NCBI GenBank assembly: GCA_004431415.1
Contig: QPMI01000054.1
Span: forward strand, 388,236-452,235
Origin: Cyanophora paradoxa CCMP329
Taxonomy: Eukaryota > Plantae > Glaucophyta
Direction of reading: 5' to 3'
DNA: 64,000 bases
Shown: positions 42,801 through 56,800 of the stretch, piece after piece
Layout of the letters: every line of letters begins with the position of its first letter
How positions within the stretch are numbered: the first letter of the stretch is position 1
The notes under the pieces: model-generated
The model's input: the letters and a program-made list of their open reading frames with translations, nothing else
Database searches by the model: none
What the model was told of the DNA's origin: nothing
Made by a program: the position numbers and the translations under genes

Positions 42801-43224
42801 CGCGATTACCGGCCACAGTCTCAACACACAAGCAGTGCGCGGGCTGCCAAGGGGGCACAATGTCAACGTTATTTTTGCGCCCCGTCCTCCATGTATATGC
42901 GTATGTTGCCGAAATAAACGCTCGATCTCGTTCCGCTTGCGCAAGCTGCCGAAGTCGGAATCTACACAAATTGAAATCAAAATCCTGGTATCTTAATTTA
43001 TTTACAGTGATGACGTGTTACAACTGTGCATGTGCAGGGCGTCCGCAGGTCTGAATAACAGTAGAGCTGGAACCGTTGAACTGCATGGGTACAGGCCACC
43101 TCATGATCAACTAATTGAATTCGAAAGGCCAGGTTATAATTATGCCTTTCCGTGATTGAAAAACTGAAACTACTCAAAACTATAGCCTATTAGCTAGGTG
43201 TGCGGAAGTAGATCGTCGGATGTA

Positions 43225-44382
43225 TCAATGGGACAAGACTGTAGCTGCAGCTGTGTCAGATTTGCGCATCCTGAAACCAACAGCTTCCGCATGAGGCACG
43301 TCTGTCTCCTGACTGCGCATGCGCCGGCGCAAACAGGCGTAGTTAATATACAATAATCGCGACTCGTGGGTCTTGAGCTTAAAATGCAAATAGTGACAAC
43401 GAACTGCTACAGCCGGGATCCGAGTAGATGGCGAGGCGCAAGGCTCGCAGGGTGGCAGCACACGACGCGATTGCGTTGATATCGAAGCCGGCGAACTCGC
43501 CATTGAGAACAATCTGATGTCGCGAGTAAAATTGCGCATGCGCATGTGAGAGTATTCTTATAGTTGTGACCAATATATTAATGTTTTAATTCGTTTGGAT
43601 TTAGGGAAAGTGGATCACGAACATCAGCCTGCTCAAGCCACCGTGTGAGGGAGGCAAGTTTGCGCTGCGCATGCAATATTAATGGACGTCGACGTCCGCT
43701 CACGATCAGCAAAATGCACACTAGCTTAGAATATTTCACTGACTCATTGAGCTGAACGCTTAGAATTTCTATAGCTATCGAACCTGAGGCCATCGAGCGA
43801 TGCCCTGAAGGCGGCAGATTTTCTTCAGGGTTGTCACGCCGACATTCAGGTTTTTCGCAGCGTCCTAAAATATGAATGTATACGTAAACGTGGTCAAGTC
43901 GCTGACATTTTGTCGCAGTGCCACAAACAATTCACGACGGTGCTCGTACCGCAAAGCACAGGTCGAAATTGGCGACAATCTGATCACGAGAGACGTCGAC
44001 GGAGATTTCGTCGCATTTGCAGTTCTCTCCCACGGCCGGAGCTCGCGATTGAGATGGTTCGGCGCTTGCGCCTAGGCCCGCTTCTGCAGGTGGGCCTGCA
44101 GCTGACCCTGTGGGCGGCCGTGGCGCTGGCCGTGGTTCCAGAATCGACGACGTCGACGTTGCAGTCGCAATCGGTCCCTGGCCATGGAGCTCACTGGAGC
44201 GACATCGACCCGCATACACATCTGCAGCTGCAGCCTACAGGATGAAAAGACGGATGATCATGAGCGGTGCGAATAGCGCTAGCATATATATGTAGCATAA
44301 ATTAAATTAGAAGGTTTCAAACCTGATCAGGAATTTTTTGAAACTCATCACGAGGGGTTGCGAGAGCGAGATTCGTCTGCAT
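43225..44382 (-). CDS. RWP-RK transcription factor (RKD/MID-like), ~240 aa, multi-exon
   Basis: Spliced VSRDQIVANFDLCFA (exon ends 43950) | DAAKNLNVGVTTLKKICRLQGIARWPQ (43864-43784) | RKLASLTRWLEQ (43664-43629), joined in phase 0 by GT-AG introns; downstream helix LRALRLAIYSDP..INYACLRRR. Missed by the ORF track. Confidence 0.85.
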
Positions 44383-47300
44383 GTGTCGCAGCGTCAACGT
44401 GTCGCCGAATTCAAAGCTCGATCGAGAGTCCGGGGGCCGAATACTGAGTTGGGGCATATGCATATGACCGTGGGCGCCGGCAGCATAAACGTTAAAATCG
44501 ATATCGATATCGAAATCGATCTCGCGGTCGCAATCCTGAAGCTGCAGCTGCGGTAAATGCTCGTGCGGGGCTCGTGGTCGAGGCTCGAACACCGTGCGCG
44601 TAGAATGCAGCGGCCCATCTGCTTGCATGGACTCCGGGGATGCATGCATGTGCGCGTACGTGTACGCATCCACCTCGACGTCGACGTCGACGTCGCGTTC
44701 GAATTCGTTGTTGCTTCTGCATCGTGCACATATATACGATCAGCGCGAGACTGTCACGTATTCTGCAGCATGCATATGGAGCTACATGCATGTCCATGTA
44801 CGTATATATATACGTTTATAATTACGGTCTTTATAATTATATAAGATAATCGAACAATACCATATTAAAGGCACCTCAATCCGTGGCCATGGGCGTACGC
44901 GTACGCGTGCACGTGCGAGTCCGCATCTTGCGCATGCGTATGCGTACGCATATGCATGTCGAGGTCCGTATAGGCGCGGATAATGGTACCGGTGGCGTCC
45001 GCACGCGCATGCGTCTCTACCTCGTCACAATCGCGATATCGATCGGCGCGCCTGTTCGGAAGCGCGGACGAGAAGATGTCTGGCGCGATTCCTGCGCTCA
45101 GGCTGATGCGTTCGAATTCGGAGCCGCTAGCGAGGCTCATTCTCTGCAAGGCTGGCTGCAAATGTTCGTGCTCCGCGTCTTGATTCGAATTCGGCCGCGC
45201 ACGGACATACACATGCACATGGCCATGGGCTGGCAGATCTAGAGGTTGATGATCATCAGGTAGCATGATCAGTTGATAGCATGCGCAGCGAAATATTAAT
45301 GCATACGGTGGACGCTGATCATGAGCAAATCTAGAAGCTAGCCTAGTAGCTGCGCATGCGCGTGCTGGCCGTGGCCGAGCTCGAGGTACAGACCGTACAG
45401 CGCGCACAGCCGCGCCGGCCGGCGGCTACAATTTGCAAGCGCATGTTGGCGCCGCCGGGCCGGCGCCGCCGTTCCGTCGGTTCCGAATCTCGACCTTTGC
45501 AATTGGTGCCATGGCCACCGTACCGGTATGCATATATATGCAGCCGGCGCCGCAGGCGGGCTGGGGGGCCAGTGGGGGCCTGGGGCGGCCCGCCGCCCGC
45601 GGCTCGGGCCCGGCCGCGGGCGCCGCCGCGCCGGCCGGGGCCCGCGCCTTTACCCTTTCAAAGTTTAGTTGGCTCCTGTGCACGCGAACTTTCGGAACGG
45701 ACTCTTGAAGAGTCTGAACGCGTACGGTGCCGCGTCGGTGCGGCGTACCGTGGCGTACGACGGTCCGTCGACGGACCGTCGACGGTACGGTGCACGTGTA
45801 ATTATATACAGTAACCTTGACTGTACGCAATTGTTTTTCAACTTTTTGAGACCAACTGCTCGCCCGACGGCGGCCGACGCCCGCCGCCCGGATATCGATT
45901 CTATGGCCCCGGAAGTTGCCGAAAGGCCCGGAACTCAACAAAGAAAAAGAAATGGACCAATGGGCTGCCGTTCGGCGTGACGCCGTGAAGTCGACAACCA
46001 CCTCCGGAAAAAATGATTCATTTCGAGCCGATTTCGACTCAGATTTCAAGTTAAGTGCTGAAATCGGAGGAATTGGATCCGGAGCTAGCACTCGACGTCA
46101 CGTCCGGCAATTTTTTGCAATGAACCGTGAGCCGTTGAACAGCGAAACGTCTAATAAACATCATTGATTTTAATGATTACCGCGTTACTAATTAAAATTG
46201 TTTCTTGTGAATCAACGTGGCACCGCGGCCGGCCAAACAGCCTCTGTACCGGTGGACCATTGATGGTCCGGATCTATATAGCTACCTGGTATAGTAGTAT
46301 AATAGTACCGCCTACTACCTATACCGCGTTCCGAAGTTTAATTCATGGCTGATATCGATAGCGCAGAGCGCCGCGGCCGCAGGCTGGTTGCCGGCGACTT
46401 GCAAACAGGATCCAGCCTGGCAGGCTTCGAATTCCAGGGCTTCCAACTTCCAAGCTCAAGTTCGAATTCCGGATCCAGGCTTCTAGCGCATGCCCAATTT
46501 CGAATTCCACGTTGTGTATATACGTACAGTGCGCATGCGCTTGCGGCTGTGTACAGTGTACACGCGCATGCGCCTTTCATTCAATGCACACGTAGAAAGC
46601 TAACATGCATGCATAAGGAGCCGCGCAAGTTGCTGCGCATGGCTTTGCAGGCTGTATGCGAAGCAGCGCAGCTGCATCATCAGGCCCGTCGTGGTTATAT
46701 ATATAGTAGCGGCCCCGCACCGACCGTATACGTAACTAGTACTTCCGGATCCGAAATCATCATGGCATCTACCCGGTCACCGTGGCACTAGTATAGCTAG
46801 CTATAGCAGCTGCAGCGGGAGTTTTCGAATTCGAATTCCGGAGGAACGCATATGCCTACGTACTAGTATATTTTTGGAGGAACAATACTACGGTACGTAT
46901 ACTGCAGCTGGCCATGGTACGGTATATATTTCGCGTAGTTGTCGACGTCGACTTAAATTAGAGCTTCGACCGTCGGACTGGCACGCGTACGACGACGTCG
47001 ACGTCGACCTGCCCGTGGCTGCCCTACCCGTCACGGCGTATGAGTTTGTCTGGATCGGATCATCGATATCGGATTCCAAACAAACAGTGGGGCCTCGTGC
47101 TCAATCGCAACTTTACGATCATCTCGAGTGTTTTAGAGTACTCGAGATCTAGACGAACCCCCTTATTAGTTAAGACTCCTACCGAATACTGCGGATATTC
47201 GAATATTCTATAGCTACCGCATTGCGAATATTGCAAGGGGGGAAGGGGACCCCCTTGCTTCCCGTTCCCTCGCTTCAGCCAAAATTTTTCTATGAGGCCG

Positions 47301-47463
47301 TTTTCGAGGTCCAGTTTGCAACACCAGAAAAAAAGGGGCTTTATTCGCATTCCGATTGGCTCGGTGGACCGGTCAGCTTTCGACTTTCGAGCATGAAAGT
47401 CGAGGGGAAAAAGTGGTTTTCGAGGGGAAAACGAACTTCTCCTCACTCCGGTCTTCGAATTTC

Positions 47464-47639
47464 TTGCGCGGTTATGCATGGAACCAGTTCTCCCTAGCTG
47501 TCTCCTCTAGATTTCCGCTTCCTCGCAGCTGCAGTGCGCCGCGTACGCCTTGCTCTTCGTTGCGCGGTTCTGCATGGAACCACTTCTCTCTAGCTGTCTC
47601 CTCTAGATTTCCGCTTCCTCGCACTGCGCCGCGTACGCC
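47464..47639. repeat. ~85-bp imperfect direct repeat x2
   Basis: TTGCGCGGTT(a/c)TGCATGGAACCA(g/c)TTCTC(c/t)CTAGCTGTCTCCTCTAGATTTCCGCTTCCTCGCA...GCGCCGCGTACGCC at ~47464 and ~47560. Confidence 0.8.
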
Positions 47640-48599
47640 GCACGGTACCCGTGCCGCCTGGACTACTTTTGACCGCATCAAGCTTGCGCCGCTGCCTATA
47701 GCTAGCTGCGCCGCGAACAGGACCTGCGATTGCAGCTGAGCACGCCCGGCCGTGCAGATCTAGATCGTGCTCTGTTGCTGCGCTCAGCACGTCTGCGAAA
47801 TCGAGCTTATACCGCAAAACCGCGTGCGCCGCTGCCCGCAGCCGAGCACGCCGGGCGGGCCGGGCGCTCTTGTTGCGGTCGACACTTCGCTGCTTGGCTT
47901 CTCGGACTCGCCGCGGTGCTTGCTTCGGCAGATTGCCCCGCAGCCTTATGCCCGCTAGTAGCTTCGCCAAATTGGCGCTTCGTCGTTCGCTTTGTCGGGT
48001 GCGTGAAGATTCATGAAGTGGACCGCCCATACACAGCGAAGTGGGGGGGTACCCCCGCCATTAACACTCAGTTCCCATACAAACCTGTCCAAGTAACTGC
48101 CAGAACAGGCAATAACTGCCGGCCGCCCGCCGGCGCCCGGGCGCCGCGCTAGCAAGCTAGCAGCTCTTAGCTACGTCTAGCCAGGAGAATGGAAGCGGTC
48201 CGGTCGCTGGAAGCGCTCTGGTTCGGAAGTTCGACTCGTAGCTAGTGCGAACCAGCCGGGCCATTGCGGAGGCGCGCCGTGGCCAGCTCACCGCATCCGT
48301 AGTGCGCCTGGCATGTTGTGGACAAGCGGGCGCGCCGCGCCGCGCTGCCTGTGGTCCGCGGAAGGTGACTGCCGCGCACTGCGAACGTAGGATCGCAGAA
48401 AGCTGACCGCTGGCATCGCAGAGCCGACGCAGGACGTCGCGAACGGAATGAGCATCTAATGAGCATCTGCTGATGCGCTGGGCTGGTCGCCGCGCGACCG
48501 GCCTGACCGACGCCCCGCCAGGAGGCCGCGCACCAGCCGCGCGCCTCGCCGGCCGAGCGCAGGTGCAGCCTCGCCTTCCGAATGAGCTTTAGCTAAGCT

Positions 48600-49520
48600 G
48601 ACAGTGATGAACGACGCTCGCAGCGCGCGCGGGACGCCGTTCCTGGGCCGCCCGCTCTTGGTGGTGGTTGCCGCCCCTCGGGAGTCGCCGTGGTGCGGGC
48701 GCAACCTTTTGCATCCTTTCCTCAGCTCGTTTCTGATGTTATCTACATGCAGGCATTGCGTGCGCATGGTGTAGCGCTTCGAGGCGGGCGTTCTTGACCG
48801 AGAACGCCACCTGGTCCCCCTTCTTGGCCAGACCTTGCTTCTCCCCGTCGCTCTCCGCGTCTCCCTTTGATAGCGCGTCGTCTAGATTGTTATGTACGAT
48901 GAATCTATGCGTTTTCCCGCCGCCGCGCCCGCCCCCCCTCTCCAGGGTTGGGTGCTACCACTGCACCACTCTAGCAGAGGCGCCCTGCGCGCCCAGCACG
49001 CCCCGCGGCACTGGAGATGAATGAAAACGATGTAAATTACATAGAAGTACATCAGAGCACGATCCAACCCGTCCGGGAAGCGCGGGCAAGGGGTCCGAGC
49101 CTGACCCCATGTCCTTGCCACCACCACCGCCAGCCTCCGAACGCAGCACGGCGCCCTGCACAGCACGCGCGCGGTGCGCAACATAGTTAGCCTTGCGTAT
49201 GAGCACAGCTGGCACGGGGGTTCTGCCGGGATGCGCACCGGGAGCGACCAGCACTGCAGCAGTGGCGGACACCAGGCCAGACCGCGCGGCGGACTCGCCC
49301 AATGGCCCCGGCGTAAGCTGTTGACACAAACGATGCCGCCAGTGCGCTGCGGGCGTCGGGCGAGGTCGGGGTTGGTCGCCGGCAGGCGAGCGGGCGGGCG
49401 CAGCGGGCGGACCTCATCATCGTGCCAAGGCGAGGACGCCGACCATTCTCGAACGCTTCCAGCATCTTATAATCCTGTTTGGAACACGTTAGGCCCGCGC
49501 AGCTAGAGCGCCCAGGTCGC
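48600..49520 (-). pseudogene. Possible degenerate Mutator-like (MULE) transposase fragment
   Basis: Frameshifted pieces AGAI..AVWPGV.LLQCWS (cf. MULE A..VFP....CxxH), ALMYFY, and a later RYTMRTQCLHV (SWIM-like). Confidence 0.35.
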
Positions 49521-49953
49521 CGCACCTTCCAGAGCACACCGCCTGACGGGCGGGCGGCGCGGTCGCGCTGTATCGACGCAGATGATGTCTATATGACCTG
49601 TGCGTACCCTCTGATACGCCGCCAGGCAGCGCCGAGCTCGCCCGCCTCCGCCACTCCCGCCAGGCAGCGCCCGAAGACGGCGCCTAGATCAACGGCAAGC
49701 TGGGGATCTGTTACGTTCAATCGATAGAGCTTCGAACGCTCTACTCAACGGTGCTAGCCGCGCCTGGCGGAGTAGGAAGGTTGGGGAGAAACTAGGAACG
49801 AAAGTGCGGTGATCCGCCAAACCGGGTTGGACTTCAAGTCCTAGGCGGGCCATAGAACTCGAATGTCAATGCACCTACCCCCCCCACACTTCGCTGTGAT
49901 AGCTCACTTCTGTTCATAATTGCCACGGCAGGCCTGCGATCGAGGACCTCCAC

Positions 49954-50241
49954 ATGGGAGTCCTCAAGCGCCTCCGTGACGCCGGCCTCGCGGATATCGA
50001 AATTCAAGACCTTGTCTACCAGATGCGCAGCGGGAGCGAGCAGCGCGCCAGCCGCGTGGCTCTGCGGGCGCTCGAAGCGGCGGGCCGCCTCACCATGCTC
50101 TCGCAACACGGCTCTCTTCAGGACCGCCGCCGCTGGCTGCCGCTCACCCCCATGGGCGACTTCCGCCTCGACCCCCTCCAGAAGGCCTGGTTCGCCTATG
50201 TTTACGGCGAGCCCTCTGCAGACAACACCATCATCTTTTAG
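49954..50241 (+). CDS. Short intronless ORF or exon of unknown function
   Basis: 95 aa with coding-like GC3 bias and natural-looking composition; no motif recognised. Confidence 0.35.
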   Translation: MGVLKRLRDAGLADIEIQDLVYQMRSGSEQRASRVALRALEAAGRLTMLSQHGSLQDRRRWLPLTPMGDFRLDPLQKAWFAYVYGEPSADNTIIF

Positions 50242-50843
50242 CCAGCTGTTCAGGGTTAGGGGTAGGCCGCGCGAACACAAATGATGCGCAGCGTTTTTCC
50301 GCTCCAGAACAATCTTTCATATACAGTGCGCTGAATCTGGCCTTTCATTCAGGCTTTTCTTTATTCGGTTAGATCGCAGCGTCTGCATATCAGCCCTTTT
50401 CTATTCTTTTCAATCATATATAATATTAATCTGTGTCTATCTTTACTACTTCAACCTGCCGCGCGCGCTGGGCCGGGGTCGATCATCGGATCTACATCTG
50501 CCCCGTGCATGTTCGTGCCACTACTACTCTTTCATTAGATCCCGATTCCCCCCTTGCACCCCCGGCGCGCCAAACGCGGCCGGGCCCCTAGTTCGTGTCG
50601 CATCCGATGATCATGATCTGTTAACGTTGTGCGACTTCGAACTCCTGCCACACCGCCACGTTTCAAATTCACTCCTGTCATAACGTTAACAGATCTAGAT
50701 CTGAAGCGCTTTAAGTTTCCCCCAGGTCTGTTATCCAGATCTTGGCGACTCTTGCTGCGTGCATGCGAGTCTCGCAGTGATTGGATTCGACAATGGACCG
50801 CGCGCATCAGGAGCGGCTTCGGCGGACGAGAGCCGCCCTAGAT

Positions 50844-53800
50844 CTAGAGGTACCAGAAGATGGAGCGGACGCTGACCTGCGCCGGGGCGGGGCGCGGGCG
50901 GGCGGCTCTCGCGGGGCGGGCGTGACGGGCCGGGTCGGGCCGGGGCCGGGGGGCGCACGGGGTTGCGGACGCGGTGGCGCTGGCTCTCCCGCGCCCGCCG
51001 CTTCGCCTGCAGCGCCTGCCCCGGCCCGCGCGCCTCAGACCCGGAGGCGAGGGCCGGGGCGGGGCGGGGCGGGGCGGGGCGGGCCTGGTCGAGGAGGAAG
51101 CGGACGTCGAGGCCGACGCGGTTCGCGCACTGCTGCATCCCCGCGAACGACTGCCGCCCCCGCCCCCGCCTCGGCCCCGGCCCCGGCCAGGGGGGGCGAG
51201 GGCCGGGGCGGGGACCTTCGACGCGGTGAGGTCGAGGTGGTCGAGGCGCGGGTGCCGCCGCAGCGCCTCCACGAAGGCCTGGGGCCGGCGTCAGCGCAGC
51301 GCGCGATCGCCGGGGGCCCGAGGGGGCGCGGCGCGCCTGTGCGCCGAGGTCGGTGATGCCGTTCATGCCGAGCTCCAGGCGGCACAGCGTCCGGTTGTAC
51401 AGGCGCGCCGGGCCCAGCGGCGCCGTCGCCGCCGGCCCCGCCCCGCCCCGAACGACGACGACGACGACGACGACGAGGAGGCGGGGCGGGGCGCGGGCGC
51501 CCCCGGGTCGATCCCCGCCGGGTCCGCTAGCGCCGCGGCGAGCGCCCGCGCGCCTGCGGATGCGCGTCGCGCGCGGGTGCGCGCGGGGGCGAAACGGCCC
51601 GGCCGGGGTTCGAACCCTGGTCGCCGACGAAGTTGTAGAAGAGGTCGAGCGAGAGGAGGCTGCAGTTGGAGCGCAGCGCCTCCGCCAGCGCCTGCCGAGG
51701 AGCCTCAGAAAAAGGAGAAGAAGTGGTGGAGGAGGCGGGGCGGGAGGCGGGGCGGGGGCGCACGCGGCAGCCCGGGGCGCGGATGGAGTTGGAGCGGAGG
51801 GAGAGGTCGAGGAGGGGCGGACAGGGGGCCGCCCCCAGGGCCCCCGCCAGAGCCTCAGCCCCCGCGTCCCCGATCCGGTTCCGCCCCAGCGCCAGCTGCT
51901 CCGCAGGTCGGTCTCAAAGGGACCGAAGGGCCCGGGGAGGGTCGCGGGGGGGGGCGCGCCTTGAGGAGGTTGGGGGAGGAGGCGAGGGCGGAGGCCACGA
52001 GCGCCGCCTGCGCGCCCGTCAGGGGCCGCCGTGCGCGCGCGGGGCGGGGCGAGGCCGGCGGGCCTCGCGGTTGGTGAGGGCGTTGCCGCTGAGGTCCAGC
52101 ACCTGCGGCAGCATGCGTGGGCGCGCGGAGCGGGGCGGGGCGCGGGGGCCTCGGGGCGGGGCGCGGGGGCCTCGGGGCGGGCCTGGACGCAGGAGGAGCG
52201 GGAGCGGAGGGCGCGGGCGATGGCCCACACGTCCCCCGCCGCCAGCCCTGCCCCCCCACAGTTGGGAAAGCCGGGACGGGGCGGGGCGGGGCGGGGGCGG
52301 ACCGGCGCCGCGGAGGATGAGCTCGGGGGCCCCGCGGCCGCCCCCGGGCTCCACCTCCCCCTCGCTCCCCTCCCCGCCCGCCCCCTCCAGCTCTTCCTCC
52401 TCCTCCTCGTCGTCGTCGCCGCGGGGCCGGTGGGTCACGAGGTCCCAGCAGGGCCCCATCGAGAGGTGGTACCTGGCCCGCCGGGGCCGGCCCCTCAGAG
52501 GCCGGAGGCGGAGGCGGAGGCGGTTCCCGGCAACATTAATCTCCCCTCCTCCCCGCGCGGCGCACCGCAGGGCGGCGTGGTCGCGGTCGGAGCGGAGGTA
52601 CCACGGCGGGTCGGCCTCGGGCCGGGGCGCCGGCCCCCCCCCGCCCCGCTCCGCCCCGCTCTCCTCCGCCTCGCTCGCGCTGCAGCTGCTCCCCCCGCCC
52701 CCGCCCCCGCCCCCGGTCGCCCTCCGCGCCTTCGCGTGCGGCCCGTGCTCTGCCCCGGAGCCGCCCCCGCCGCCTCCGCCTCGGCATCCGCCGCCGGCGC
52801 CGCCGCGGGGCCGGCCCCGGGCCCGAAGGGGCCTCCTCGGACATGCGGACGAGGGCGGCGAGCTGGCGCCGCCCCCGGCTGAAGCGGTGCCGCCGGCTGC
52901 TCTCCCCCAGCGGCCCCGCCCCGTCCGCCGCGCTCGGCACGTCCGCGCAGCGCCGCAGGAAGAAGCGCGCCATCGCCCGGTGCACCCGCCCGTCTGGCCC
53001 CGCCCGCCCGCCGACCCCGTGAGCCGGGCTCAGAAGGCAGGCTCGGGGCGGGGCGGGGGCACCCTTCTGGGGCCACTCGGGGAGGGCGGCGTCGGGGAGG
53101 ACGTGGGCGCAGGCGTCGCCGCGGCGCCACGCCTCGCACTCCTCGCCCCGCGGGCACCCGCACAGGTACCGCGCCCTCACCGACTGCCGCACCTGCCCCC
53201 GCCCCCGCTCTGAGCCGTGCCGAGCGGAGCGAGATCAGAGGGGCCCCGGGGCGCCTGGGAGTGGAAGAAGTCGACGACGCCGGCGCCGTGGTCCGTGGGG
53301 CGCAGCAGCGTCCCCAGCGCCGCCCGCAGCCGCGCCCAGATCACCCGCGGCAGCTCCCGCAGCTGCCGAGGAGTCGTTCGGAAGAGGGCCGCTGACAGAG
53401 GTGGGCGTCAGGGCGGCACCGCGACGCTGGCGGAGCGGCGGAGGCTGCGGGCGGGGGCGATGCCGCCGGCCCCGGGGCGGCCGTCCCTGGGGGCGGCGCT
53501 GGCGGGGCGGGAGGGGGCCGGAGTGCAGAAGGCGGAGGCGGGCCCGGCGAGGGCGGCGGCCCAGGGGGCGAGCTCGAGGCCGAGGTCGTCCCCCTCGGGG
53601 CTCAGCAGCCCGAGCAGCTCCTCCTCCGCCAGCCCGCCCCTGGCCCCCCCCGCGCGTGAGACGGGGCCGGGAAGGCAGCGGCGCGGGGGAGGGGCGGGGA
53701 CCGGGAGGAGGCGAGGAGGGAGGTGCAGCGGGCGACGAGGCGCCGCCCGTGGTCCGCCTCCAGCCGCCCCAGCACCTGCCCCCGGCCCCCGCCGGCCCCG

Positions 53801-56800
53801 CTCACGTCGGGGCGCTAGCGCCCCCGCCGAGTCTCCGAGGGCGCACCTGGACGAGGAGGAGGGGGAGGGTGCCGGGCAGCGCCTCGATCTGCTCCCCGAG
53901 GCGCTGCGGGGGGTCCCTCCTCGTCAGGGCCCCGCCGGGCGGGGCGGGACGGCGCGGGGCGGGGCGGAGGAAGCGGACGTCGAAGTTTGCGGTGAGGCGG
54001 AGCTCGTCGACCGCCACCGCGAGGAACAGCGGCGACCCCGCGTCTGCGGCGAGGTTAGGGGGAGTGAGGGGGCTGAGGCAGGAGGAGGAGGGCCGGGGGG
54101 TACCTGGCTTGGCGAGGACGCGGGAGGCCTTGGGGGGAGTCAGCGGGCGTGGCGGGGATGCGACAGGAGAGAGAGGAAAGGGGACCTGGGCGGAGTCGAG
54201 GCGCTTGCCCGAGTCGCGCAGCAGCCGCGCCACGAGCCGCGCGCTCTCCTCCGGCGCCAGCGGCGGCAGGCGCAGCTGGGGGTACGGGGTCGGGTTGGAG
54301 GGGGGTGGAAGGGAGTCGGGGTACCTCGGCCGGCGCGGGGCTGCGGTGCCGCAGCCCGTCGAAGGTCCGGCCGTCGACGGCGCTCAGAATGATCTGAGCG
54401 CGCCTGAGCGAGGGGAGGGGCAGGGGGTACAGGAAAACAAGTGGCGCGCCTTGACGTCACGGGGGAGGGTACCGGGGATCCAGTAGAGGGAGAGGGCGCC
54501 GGAGGGGCCCCCGGCGAGGGTCGGGGTGGAGGGGGGGAGGACGGCGCGGGAGCCCCCGGGGGGCGGGGCGGACGGCGCGTGCGGCGATCCCGCCCACGCC
54601 TCCGCCGTCAGCTGCGGGCGAAGATGCGCGTGAGGACCGGGGGAGAAGCTGGAGGGGGTACGGCGCGCCTGGTTGCAGGCGTCGATGACGATGAGGACGC
54701 GGCCGCGGGACCGCCGCTCCCTCAGAAGGCGCGAAAGCTCCACCTAAAAATAGAGTCGGACGCGGCAGGGGGTACGCGGGCCTCCGGACGCGCCTGCAGC
54801 CGGGCGGGGTCGTGGGGGAGGTGGCGGAGGGGTACGCCGAGTGCGCGTGCGAGCTCGCGGCAGAGCCGACTGCGCGCCCGTGAGGGGGCTACTCGTATCG
54901 AGGGGACGGCGGGAGGGGGGGGGTACCGGAGGAGGAAGGGACGGTGGTGGGCCGGGGTAGCCCCCAGGAAGTGGTAGACGACGACGGGCGGGGCGCCGGC
55001 GGCCGCGCCGGCCGTGGCCTGCGCATGCACGGCACGGGCGGCTCGGCTGGGGCGGGCCGCGCGGGGCGCGAGAGGGGCACCTGGGCGGCGGCCTGGGCGG
55101 CCACCTCGGCCCGCGAGCCGCGCTGCTGCGGCGCCGCGTACTGCAAGGGGAGGGAGCACGGGTCAGAGGCGGGAGACGGCGGGGGACGGGGCGGGAGGGG
55201 GCGCCTGCGGGCGGCCCGGGGAGGGCGGCCCGGCCCCGTCCAGCCCCCGCGCCGCCTCCCGCACGAAGGCCGCCAGCCTGCGGGGGTACCAAAACCTGTG
55301 AGGAGGCGGAGGGGCGCGGCGAGCCGGCCGGCGGGGCTGCGCACAGGGAGCTCTTCCCGACGCCGGGCTCGCCTGCGAACGAAGGGAGGTCGAGGTCGCA
55401 AAGGGCGCGGGGCGGAGGGCGAGGAGGAGGGGCGCGCGCCGGTGAGGAGGAGGAGCGGGGGCGAGTCGGGGTCCGCCGCGAAGGCCCGCAGCGACGCCAG
55501 CGCCCCCTCCCGCCCCTGCCACGGAGGAGCTCGCGCCGGCGCCGATGGCCGGCCGGCCCCGCGAGCGGGGGGCGCGCACGGTGAAGAGGCGGAGGCGGGA
55601 CTCGGCAAAGAGGCGCTGCCGCTCCCCCTCCGCCGCCTCCTCCGCCTCCCCGCCCGGCCCCAGCTGCCAGGCGGCGAGGTGAGGGGGGCGCGGGGCGGGA
55701 CCCCGGGGCCCCCACCCGCACCCTCAGGGCTCGCCCGGGGCCGGAGCCCGGGGCGCGGCGGGGGCGGGGAGGGGAAGTCGGCCTCGGCGGCCGCCCGCAG
55801 CGTCTCCTGCGCGCCACGGAGCCCGTCAGAGTCCGACGACGGCGCTCTGCGCCCTGCAGGGGCTCTCTGCCAGCCGCCACCCCCCCCCCTTCCCCCCCCT
55901 TCCCCCCTTCCCCCCCCTTCCCCCCCTCCCCCCCCCCCCCCCCCTGGACTTGCCTTGACGGCGCGGGCGAAGCGGGCGAGGGAGGAGACGGCGGGCGCCG
56001 CCCCGGCCTCCTCCGGCTCCGCGTACCGGCACCTGCCCCGGCGCTCTCAAAGAGAGGGGCGGGAGGAGCGGGCGGGGCGGGGGCACGTGTAGTCGAAGCA
56101 GCGGCAGTCCGGGTGGGCGCGGATGCGCCGAGACAGCTCCGCCAGCCGCGCCGCCTCCCCGGGGCCCTCCCCGCCCACGAACGTCCCCCGCCGCCCCTCT
56201 GCCCCGCCGTCCTCGCACGAGAGAAACGGCTCGGAGAAAGTAGAGTCGCACCGGGGACGTGGTCGAGGAAGGCGGGGTCGCGGAAGAGGGCGAGGCAGCG
56301 CTGCCGCGGGTCCTCCACCTCCAGGAACCCGTACCTGCCGCCCCCGTCGTTGTGAGGCGGGGCCGCCCCCGCCCGCCCCGCCCCGCCCCGCCGCGGGGCG
56401 CCGGCGCACGCGATCTCGATCTCGGTGATGGAGCGGCCGGCGGGCCAGCGGCGGAGCCAGCGGTACTTCTCCTCCCCCCTGCCGCAGACGCGTCAGCGCG
56501 GGAGCAAGGGCGGGGCCGGGGCCGGGGGCGGGGCGGGGACCGGTGGCGGGGGGGGAGGTACTCGGCGGGGACGAAGCCGTAGCGCTGCCCGATCAGCGCC
56601 AGGAACCTGCGGCGGCTTCGTCAGCCGCTTCGGGGAGGGGCGAGCTGGCAGGGCTCGCCAAGGGCGGCAGCGGTCGAGCTCGTCGAGGCAGGTGAGGACC
56701 GCCCCGCGGCCCCGCATCGACACGTCCTCCGCAGTCACACCCCACCGCAGGTCTGCGGGGGAGGCGCTCGGATCGGTGCGGAAGGGAGGGGCGAGGGAGG

